From positions 288,001 through 352,000 of the forward strand of contig CAWHHI010000005.1 of assembly GCA_963829055.1 (NCBI GenBank): DNA of 64,000 bases, written 5' to 3'. The position numbers and the translations under genes were made by a program. Below are positions 29,926 to 38,742 of the stretch, piece by piece. Positions within the stretch are counted from its first letter, which is position 1. The number at the start of each line of letters is the position of its first letter. The notes under the pieces were generated by a model. The model was given only the letters and a program-made list of their open reading frames with translations, was not told the origin of the DNA and searched no databases. This DNA is from an uncultured Gemmatimonadaceae bacterium (GTDB taxonomy: Bacteria; Gemmatimonadota; Gemmatimonadetes; Gemmatimonadales; Gemmatimonadaceae).

Positions 29926-30713
29926 TTCCGTGCGGGCTGAATGCCCGCTGCAGCGCGGCGGTCACGTCGAGACCCGTCAGCCCGACGAACCGGCCGATCT
30001 CCTGCACGGTGACGCCGCCGCCGACCAGGAAGCGCTGGCCGCGACTCCACTCACGCCCGGTCGTACCCCACGCGACAGCGAATGAGGGAGTGGCGAAGGG
30101 AACGACCCGGATGCTCTGCCCCACAGCGAGCGAGAGCGGGACGGTGATGTCCGCCGTCCAGTGCTGCCTCTCGCCGAACGCGGCGTCCGCCCACCCCGCG
30201 CCGAACTCCAGCGTCGCCGTTCCGGTCGCGTCGTTCTCCGTGAAGAACGGGACGCGAAGGAAAGGGCGTGTGGTGACCAGGTAGTTGCTGTAGCGGATGC
30301 CCGCCATCAGCCGGTTCGTGTCGCACGAGGATTCAATGCAGAACTCCCCGTCGCCGCGCTGATACCCCACGGTGCCCGAGAGCAGCGGGCCGCCCTCGAT
30401 CTGCAGGTTGCTGACGAGGCCGTATGACGTCAGGCTTCGCCCCGCATCCAGCGCGCGCGAGCCGTACTGCAGACGAAACCCGAACGAGCAGTCTGTCATC
30501 ACGGCTCGTCGGCATCACTGGGCCGACCGGCGTCAGGGCGCCTAACGGCGTGCTCGCGATCGCCGCCAGCGTGCGGGAAAGTCCCGTCTCCGATTCCGTC
30601 GACTGAGCCCCGAGCATCCGGGACACGAGTAGCGCCAGCGACACCGATCCCGCGATGACGTGCGACCGGCCAATGGTCCAGCGGGTCCAGCGGGCGCGCG
30701 GTATGGTTCGCAT
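29920..30713 (-). CDS. Secreted hypothetical protein, beta-barrel-like; frameshift near 30490; C-terminus fused to DUF4239 fragment
   Basis: Signal-like N-terminus in ORF 30333..30713 continues in ORF 29138..30502 with alternating amphipathic strands (FGFRLQYG, LEFGAGW, FLVGGGVTV). Confidence 0.55.
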
Positions 30714-30716
30714 CGG

Positions 30717-31872
30717 CTATCTCCGCCCGCGCAGCCACCGTGAATACACTTCACCGTGCACGTGAGCGTCATAGCGATACACGCGCAGCAGTACACTGTC
30801 GCCCGCGGCGAAATCGAGACGCATGAAGCCGCTCGTCGCCTGACCTACGTACAGGCTCTGACGGAGCCGCGCCGCGCATTCGCCCTTGCCGATCGATCCG
30901 GCTCCGCTCACGAGCACGTAGCTCGACGTCCGCCCTTGCAGGACCTGGAGACTGTGGTCGTGACCCGCGGCAAAGATCGAGCGGAGGGCGCGTCGCGAGC
31001 GCGGCATTCACGGAGTCCCGCATCATCGTGTAGTTCTTGCCGAACAGATCCTGGCTCGTGTTCGCCCAGCGCCGGAACAGCGCGAACGCGCCACAGTAGC
31101 CTCCGTGCGGACCGCCTGTCATCAACGGATGGTGCGCGGCGACGATCACCGCTTGACCCGGGCGGGTCGTGCGCAGGGAATCGCGAATGGCTTGCGTGAT
31201 CTCGCCGATGGTGTGCGTCGTGCAGCCGGTCGCGCGATCATCCGAGGCGGAGTCGCGGACGATGTAGTTGTGCAGCCACCATTGCGTGTCGAGCAGCACG
31301 AGACGTACGCGCTCCCTGTCCACGACGACGGGCCCGGGGCAACCGTTAGGCGGCACCACCATGACTGTCGCGCCCGGGTTCTTCGGTCGCTGTGGAACCA
31401 GCGCGCCCTGGCGTCTGATGATGAACAGACCGTCGGCCGCGGTGGCGGCACCGAAGAATCCGCCCTGGCCGCCGTCGGCCCAGTCATGGTTCCCGGGCAC
31501 GAAGATGCCGGTGGCGCCACTGGGCACTGCCCGGATCTGCGCGTCCAGGCGACGCAACACGTCCGCATAGTTCGTGGCGATCTCCGGAGCGGTTCCGGCG
31601 GGGTACACGTTGTCGCCGAGGAAGAGGATCGTCGCGCGAGGCCCGACCGCCGCCGCATGCATTGCGAGCGAGTCCAGCACGGTCGCGGGCAAACGCGGGT
31701 CAGGCTCTCCGGCATCCCCAATGAGGAAGATGGTCTCGACGATCTCTTGAGGGGTCGGCGTCGGTACTCGCGCGCTTCGACAGCCAGCAATCGCGCCGAT
31801 CGCGCCGAGCATCAGCGCGAGTCGGCCGACGCGACGTGCGCGTCGATGGACTTGAGACGTCCACTTCGACAC
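30717..31872 (-). CDS. Calcineurin-like metallophosphoesterase, lipoprotein (frameshift near 30980)
   Basis: Lipobox IAGC; IGDAG, LGDNVY, PGNHDW, AHHP and AAGHDHSLQV. Confidence 0.88.
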
Positions 31873-31907
31873 TCGAGCCTCGTGTCTTTCAGGTTGCGGA
31901 TGACGTA

Positions 31908-34625
31908 TCAGAACAATCCGGCCTTCAGGTAAAAACGGTGCTGATCGCCCCTGGCGTAGGCCATGCTGATCGTCGTGCCTAACGCCTCGACCCACGCGCC
32001 GCCGCCGAGGCCAGTGTGCCATCCGCCGTCGCTTTCCCCCGACGACCACACTCGGCCGGCGTCGGCGAGCCCGAAGATCCCGGCATTCCAACGCAGAAGG
32101 AGATTGACGGTTCCCACCGGCACCCGAAGCTCCGTCGAGCCATCGACCGACGCGTCGCCACTGAACCGCTCCGACGTGTAGCCGCGCACCGTCGACCATC
32201 CGCCGATCGACGCGGCATACTGGACTGGGAACGCGCCGGACGTCATGCTCGCTCCGCCGCGCACGGCAAGGTGCACCCTGTTCGGCAGCAACGGAACGTA
32301 CACGCTCCCCGCGGCACGTGTCGTCGTGAATGACTGCGACTGGTCCCAGAGCGGCGGGAACCCGACGCACGTCCGCCTCGAGTCGCCACCCTCGCATCGG
32401 GACGCCATCCGAGTCCGTTCGATCCAGCTCGAGGCTCGCGCGAACGCCCACGTGCCCGAACGCGCTGTTGCCAGGTCCGCTCGAGCGTCGCCAGCGGCGA
32501 GTTGGGAGCCGCGTCCGGATCGAACCATGAAACTACGGGGCCGGCTTCCAGGCGACCCGCGATGGGTCGTACGAGCGAGGTCGCGTCTTCTCTGAACGCC
32601 TCCGTTTTGTTCGTCTCTCGTTCGCGCCATCCGAGGTGAAGTACCACGGCTGGCTCGAAGGCCATCACGGTCTGATTCACGAGACTCGCGTCCCGACTGG
32701 CCGAAGGCGTCGTCGTTACCGTAGCCATAGAACCGGAACGCCTCGAGTCGTGAGACGCACGCGCCGCGACCGTGAACGCGACGGGGGAATTCTCCCGTCG
32801 ATAGTCCGCGTCGGCGTGCAGGGCAAATCGGCCATTCCGCATGCCGGCCAATGCCGTTCCCTTGACCTCCCACAGATGAGGAAGCCGGCGGAAACCATAC
32901 GACCGCAGTGAACGGCTGACGCCAACGATGACGCCGGCACCTGTCTGATATGACCCGGTCGGCGCCCAACCGCCGGCGCTGCCCCAATCAGGTCTCCACG
33001 AGCCCCAGACCCTCATCCCGTTCGCCACCGTCGGCTCCCGCCACGGTCGCTCGCTCACGTGCGTGCCGCGCGCTCGCACGAACTCGTTCTCACCATCGGA
33101 GTCGTAGAAATGCGTCGCGCCTCCGCCGGCCGAGTCGGCGAGGACGTCGTCGTCGTATCCGCCGATCACCCTGACGGTGATGGCGCCGGAAGCAACGCCG
33201 CGAACCGTCGCGTGATCGGCTCCGCCGAGCAGAAAGACTCTCGACCTCCTCTGTCTCGGAGGGAATGAACGTTCGCTCGTAGAACGGTCGCCGCGGCGCC
33301 TCCGCTCCGCCGTCGTTCTGATTCTGCGACGACTCCGGGGAGCTCGCCGTGGTGCGGACGTCTTCATCGCCGCCAATGGTGACGGTGACGCGCCCATCCT
33401 CGTGCCTGACGATTTCCGCGCGCTCGTCATCCTCGGTGCCGTAGATGTCGACGTCCGTCGCGAGCTGCCCGTAGAGCGCCATGGCAACGGATGGTATTGC
33501 GTCGCGGCGAGTCCGAAGCACGGACCGAAGTCGCGCTGGCGCGGAGGTCTGTTCACGCCACGCGGCCGGCAACGCCGCGATCCCCTGCTCTATGACCTCG
33601 TCGGTGATCGCCGCCTGGACTCGGCGCGCCACTGCGGTGAAGTCGTCGCGCGTGAGGCGCTGGAGCAAACGCCGGTCGTGGAAGTGCGTGCTGTACGTGA
33701 GCGCTTTCAGATCGTACGTCGGAGCGAAGGTGACCACCTTCGGATAGAACGATCGCGTGAGGAATCGGTTGACCAGGCCACGCGCATCCATGAGCGCCCA
33801 GTCGCGATCCTTCGCCAGTGCACGCCATTGGTATTCGGTCGAGTCACCGAATCGAACGAAGTCGGAGTTGTCGGGGGTGCGATCGCCGTCGTTGATCAGC
33901 AAGTCGATCAATCGGATCGCGAGGAACTCCTTCTCGTCGAATCGGTGGGCACGGCTCGATCGCAGGTCCTCGAAGAACTCTTCGGATCCGGTGATCTTTG
34001 TCGAGCCGGCAAACCCTGGCTTATCGTTAGGCGCTTCCTCGGGCTTGAGCTCCATGGTCCCGAGCATCCCAGCCAGACTGTCACGATAGACGCCGAGGCG
34101 CGGATCGTCAGCGAGGCGGACCATCGTCGGGTCGAGGTGGAGCGCCTTGATGGCGTCGAGCAGCGGAGGGACGACGACCGGCGCGCCCGGGAAGAGCGCG
34201 CTCACCTGATCCTGGATGACGCGTCCGGTGGCCGTCTCACGGAGCGCCCGCGGCAGGGTCATCACCGGAAACTTGTTGACCGTTCGAAACCGGTACTCCT
34301 TCCATCCGGATTCTTCCTGGAGGTGCAGGGTGATGCTCTGATAGCCACCCCCGCGCTCGAGGACTTTGAGTCCGCCGGCGAACGTGGAGAGCTGAAGAGA
34401 CGGTACCGAGACCGGTGTCAACCAGACGTCGCGCCATCCGGCTCCGAGCAGCGTTCGCTTGAAGCCGTCGGCCGCGTAGTGCTGGCCCGTTACGGTCGTG
34501 GTGAGACTATCCCTGCGTTTACCGCCCAGTGAGTCGACGGGTTTTTGCCCGTCGGCGTCGATTGGAAGGAAGGCAACGGTACCTGCTGCGGCAATTCTGA
34601 ATGTCGCGACTCGCAATGCGCCCAT
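31908..34625 (-). CDS. BamA/TamA (Omp85) family outer-membrane protein with large N-terminal domain; several frameshifts
   Basis: Signal peptide; GGGYQS, DLLINDGDRTPDN and KDRDWA in the N-domain; C-terminal barrel with IGG..TVRGY..ERFSGD, DAGRVW and terminal Phe. Confidence 0.82.
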
Positions 34626-34732
34626 GGTTCACTCCGGTAGGCGCCCGAAACGCAGGATGCGCGCCGATGAGTCTGGTGTCGATCTTGCTTTTGGGATTTG
34701 GCTCAATGACCTCAGCGCGCACTTCGAGCTGC

Positions 34733-36025
34733 ATGGCACTCGATACGCTTCAGCGAAACACGTTCGAGTATTTCCTGAAGGAATCGAATCCGGCGAACGG
34801 ACTCGTGCCGGACAACACGCGGCCTGGCGCGCCCTCGAGCATCGCGGCGGTCGGACTGGCGCTCGCCTGTTACCCCGTTGGGGCCGAGCGCGGATTCATC
34901 ACGCGCGCCGACGCGATCCGGCGAACGCTCACCAGCCTGCGGTTCTTCCGAGACAGTCGGCACAGCGAGGAAAGCACGGCCACGGGCTACAAAGGGTTCT
35001 ACTATCACTTCCTCGACATGCGAACCGGGGAGCGCACGTGGAACTCCGAGCTCTCGACGATCGACACGACCTATCTGCTCGCCGGTGGCTTGCTGGCGGC
35101 CGCGTACTTCGACCGCGACACGAACGATGAACGCGAGATTCGTTCGACCGCCGTCGACCTCTACCACCGCGCTGACTGGCAGTGGGCACAGAACGGGGCG
35201 ATGACCGTTTCGCACGGCTGGAAGCCCGAGCGTGGATTTCTGAAATACCGGTGGGAAGGCTATAACGAGGCGTTGCTGCTCTACGTGCTCGGATTGGGCT
35301 CTCCCACTCACCCGTTGCCTAACGACAGTTACGCCGCGTGGACGGCGAGTTATCGCTGGAAGAAACTCTATGGGATCGAGTTTCTGTACGCTGGCCCGCT
35401 GTTCATCCACCAACTCTCGCACGTCTGGATCGACTTTCGCGCCATTCAGGACGACGTCATGCGTGGCCGCGGACTCGACTACTTCGAGAACAGCCGTCGC
35501 GCAGCACATGTGCAGCGGCAGTACGCGATCCGTAACCCGAGAGGATTCACGGGCTACAACGAAAACTGCTGGGGGATCACCGCGAGCGATGGCCCCGGTC
35601 CCGCACGACGGAAGGTGAATGGCATCGACCGCCGCTTCTATGACTACCGAGCGCGCAGCGTCCCGTTCGGGCTGGACGATGGTACCATCGCGCCGTGGGC
35701 AGTAGCCGCGTCGCTGCCCTTCGCGCCCGAGATCGTCCTGCCCGCACTCGAACACTTCAACGCGACGTATCCCGAGATCACGAGTGAATACGGATTCAAG
35801 TGCAGCTTCAATCCGAGCTTCACGGTCGGAACGCCACGCGCCCGCGGTTGGATTTCCGAGGGCTACTATGGACTCGATCAGGGCCCCGTCGTGTTGATGA
35901 TCGAGAACTATCGATCGGGGTTGGTGTGGCAACTGATGCGCGAGTGTCCGTCCATCGTCACTGGGCTGCAGCGCGCCGGATTCACCGGAGGATGGTTGGG
36001 ATCTGCATCATCCAACGGTGATTAG
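34733..36025 (+). CDS. Glucoamylase-family / GH144-like (DUF3131) glycoside hydrolase
   Basis: SSIAAVGLAL, GFYYHFLD, ELSTIDT, WEGYNEA, GPLFIHQLSH, WGITASDGP and GLDQGP. Confidence 0.88.
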   Translation: MALDTLQRNTFEYFLKESNPANGLVPDNTRPGAPSSIAAVGLALACYPVGAERGFITRADAIRRTLTSLRFFRDSRHSEESTATGYKGFYYHFLDMRTGERTWNSELSTIDTTYLLAGGLLAAAYFDRDTNDEREIRSTAVDLYHRADWQWAQNGAMTVSHGWKPERGFLKYRWEGYNEALLLYVLGLGSPTHPLPNDSYAAWTASYRWKKLYGIEFLYAGPLFIHQLSHVWIDFRAIQDDVMRGRGLDYFENSRRAAHVQRQYAIRNPRGFTGYNENCWGITASDGPGPARRKVNGIDRRFYDYRARSVPFGLDDGTIAPWAVAASLPFAPEIVLPALEHFNATYPEITSEYGFKCSFNPSFTVGTPRARGWISEGYYGLDQGPVVLMIENYRSGLVWQLMRECPSIVTGLQRAGFTGGWLGSASSNGD

Positions 36026-36149
36026 TGTGCATCACGAGACTATTCCGCTACCAAGGCAATGTCACAGGGAAAGTGCCGTGCAACGGGATCGACTGAGTCA
36101 ACTGCTCCAGGATGGTCGCGCGCGACCCCGCGAAGATCGCCGACAGCTC

Positions 36150-36475
36150 GGCGCGAGCCTGTTCGAACGTTGGCGGTGACCGCGGTGCCTCCGATGCGAA
36201 CCGGCTCGCCGAAGCCGACCAGGTTGACCTCGTTCCCGGTTAACGCGCCCCAGCCGCGCGTCCTGGTCACCGTGGCGGCGACGTCGCGGAAGTTGGCTGG
36301 TGAGAGCTCGTTCATGCACCCCAGCCACCGCCGTCCTTCGGCCCTTCGCAGAGCCTAACGAGTGCGGTCGCGCCGGGGAACGGGAGCGGACGGCGGAGAA
36401 CGGCATCGGCGACCGGACGAAGCCGCGCGAGCGGCTCATCGTGCGCATGGCATAATGCAGGTCGTGGCGTAGAAT
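36150..36475 (-). pseudogene. N-terminal remnant of an ADOP-type ABC permease
   Basis: ILRHDLHYAMRTMSRSRGF and ELSPANFRDV...VNLVGFGEPVRIGGTAVTAN, with internal deletions. Confidence 0.7.
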
Positions 36476-36635
36476 CGTCGAGGTCGAGAAGCGCCGCACG
36501 CGTCCCGACGACGAGCGCCGCCGGTACTATCGCATTACCCCGTTCGCCAACTCGGTCGCACGCGCGGTGGTTCGACGGCTCCTGCAGCTCGTGCGTCACG
36601 CGCAGGCGCGCGGTCTCACGCCACGAGCAGTCTGA
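36474..36635 (+). pseudogene. C-terminal half of a PadR family regulator
   Basis: IVEVEKRRTRPDDERRRYYRITPFANSVARAVVRRL...stop; no start codon or HTH. Confidence 0.75.
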
Positions 36636-36754
36636 CCTCTTCGAGCGTCGCCGGCGGGTTCGGAGCGGGCCATCAGCGGCGTTAGGCAGAAACCGAACGG
36701 GCGCGAGTTATTGCCTGTATTGCAGATGGCTAGGGACGGAATCGAACCGCGGGC

Positions 36755-37654
36755 TCAGCGGAGGAGTTCGCCGAGCCGCTTCATGTCGAGACGTCCATGG
36801 CCGATCTCGCTGTCGTGTCCGGGAATGCCGTCCGGCCGATAAGCGGACAGCCTCAACAGCTCTCGCACATCGCCCGGGGTCAGACTGGGCTTCTTTCGCC
36901 GCGCCAGCCATACCGCTGCGGTCACCATCGCGGCAGCGAAGGATGAACCGCTAAGGTACTTGTAGTCGAAGGGGTCGTCCCCGATCACGGTGAGAATGCT
37001 CTCTCCGGGCGCCGAAACCCGAATGTGCTCTCCCCTGTTCGAACCAGATGCCGGTCTGTCCTCCATGTTCGTGGCGCCGACGGCGATCACGTTAGGATTG
37101 GCTGCCGGGTAGATCGGTCCGTCGTCGGGATCGTTGCCGCTGCCCATTGCGGCGACGACTACAACGCCATTTCGCACGCACGCCGCGATGGCGTCGTCGA
37201 GATCGCGCTGGTTCGGTAGTGCGATGCTCAAGCTCAGATTGACGACTGGAAGCTTCAACCGGGCGACTTCGAACAATGCCGTTCGAACGGCTCCGAGGTC
37301 GAATCGTTCGTCGGCATCCCATGCGCTATACACGCGCACTCTCGCGGAGCAGCAGCCGTCCATCCTGCCGTCGGCATCCCCTTCGTAGTCGTCGCGCCGC
37401 GCGGCAATGACGGCAGCAACGGCCGCGGCGTGCGCCGCCCGAGAGGTACATGACGGCGCAGGTTTGCGAGTGACGCGGCCAGCCAGCTCCCGGTGGTTCA
37501 GGCCCTTCTCACCCCGGTCGATGACCGCGATTTCCCCCGGATCTGGTCCCGTGTCGAGCGTCGGCCAGACCGCTGGAAAGCCGCACCGATAGAGCGCCCA
37601 CTGCCTGTCCGGGTCGGGTCCCGTCTGGACTCCTGAACGCAATGGAGCAGTCAT
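36755..37654 (-). CDS. S8 family serine peptidase, no signal or propeptide, divergent motifs
   Basis: DPDRQWAL...VW mature-type start, IAVID (Asp), HAAAVAAVI (His), VVNLSL, YPAANPNVIAVGAT, SAPGE, SGSSFAA (Ser) and GHGRLD. Confidence 0.88.
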   Translation of the reverse strand: MTAPLRSGVQTGPDPDRQWALYRCGFPAVWPTLDTGPDPGEIAVIDRGEKGLNHRELAGRVTRKPAPSCTSRAAHAAAVAAVIAARRDDYEGDADGRMDGCCSARVRVYSAWDADERFDLGAVRTALFEVARLKLPVVNLSLSIALPNQRDLDDAIAACVRNGVVVVAAMGSGNDPDDGPIYPAANPNVIAVGATNMEDRPASGSNRGEHIRVSAPGESILTVIGDDPFDYKYLSGSSFAAAMVTAAVWLARRKKPSLTPGDVRELLRLSAYRPDGIPGHDSEIGHGRLDMKRLGELLR

Positions 37655-37726
37655 CGGACTCGCGGCAGCTCAGCCGCGCACTCCGTCCCACTGTGAACGG
37701 ATGCGCGGCATGTCGCGTCGATCAGA

Positions 37727-38711
37727 TCAGGGGAGTCCGAATTGTCCGCCCGTGCACCCTGTGCTTCCCGTCGTGCGCGCTGGCCTATTCGTGAGCTTGG
37801 GATACGGAAACTTGTGCCCGCGCCCGCCAAATACCTCGAGAAGGCTACCGCCATCACTAGCCTCAAACAAACGGAACAGCCATTTGAAGTCGACGTCGTC
37901 CTTCTGGAATCTGTGCTCGAACTCCTTCCATTCGAGCGGGTTGGTCTCGCAAAGGTTGGCGATCTTGAGTTTGATGACTCCTTTCCGTCGCCGCCGGGGA
38001 CCGGCCTAAGCGTAAGCGACGGATTCTCTTTACCCGGTTCCCAACTCTGAATTCGGATATTGATGGAAGCCCTCTGGGAGCGAGTCCGTTTTATTGGTCG
38101 CGTCCATATGATCGAGCCCGCCCAGTCAGCGTCGGGCTTGTCCCAATCGGCGGTCTTGACCTGTTGCGCGGCCGGATTGCTCCTGCCGGGTCCGCCGATT
38201 GTTGCTGCGGTGAGCTTACCTCCTCGCAGGAGTCGTCCGAACGTTTAGCTCTGTCGGGCGGGGTGGCTGAATCCAGGCCGACCTTGAGCTTGATCTGAGG
38301 CTTGTAGACGGAGAGGTCCGGCAAAGGGAGGGGGTCTGGGACAAGCTGGACGATCGATCCCTGTGACTCCTCCGGCTCGAAGAAGAGCTCTTCGCGGCTG
38401 AGTCGCCGCACGACTTGGAATCGTGGGCCATCGGCGACGAAGCCGGGCCTTACTCTCTTGGCAGATTCTGGCTCAAGGTTCGCCAGGTCCATCAGCAAGT
38501 ACGGAACATGACGCGCACCTACGTCTTCATCCTCATGGTGGTTGCGGACCCGCTCATTTGGCACGCAGGTCGGGATCAGAACGCTGACGGTCGTCTCTTG
38601 CCCGGCCGACTTCGCGCGATCAATCACGTACAGACAGACGCCCGCAAACTCGACGGACAACGTGACCTCGTTCGTTTCCGACACGGACGTGTTGCTCTTG
38701 GTAGTGGCCAT
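37727..38711 (-). CDS. Uncharacterised protein (module partner X2), frameshifted
   Basis: GGAGG RBS + ATG at 38711 (MATTKSNTS...VEFAGVCLYVI). Stitched frames end ...LKIANLCETNPLEW...DFKWLFRLF...FPYPKL...GCTGGQFGLP, stop at 37727. Confidence 0.65.
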
Positions 38712-38742
38712 CTCGCCCTCCCGGTCAATCGTGGTAGCCTGA

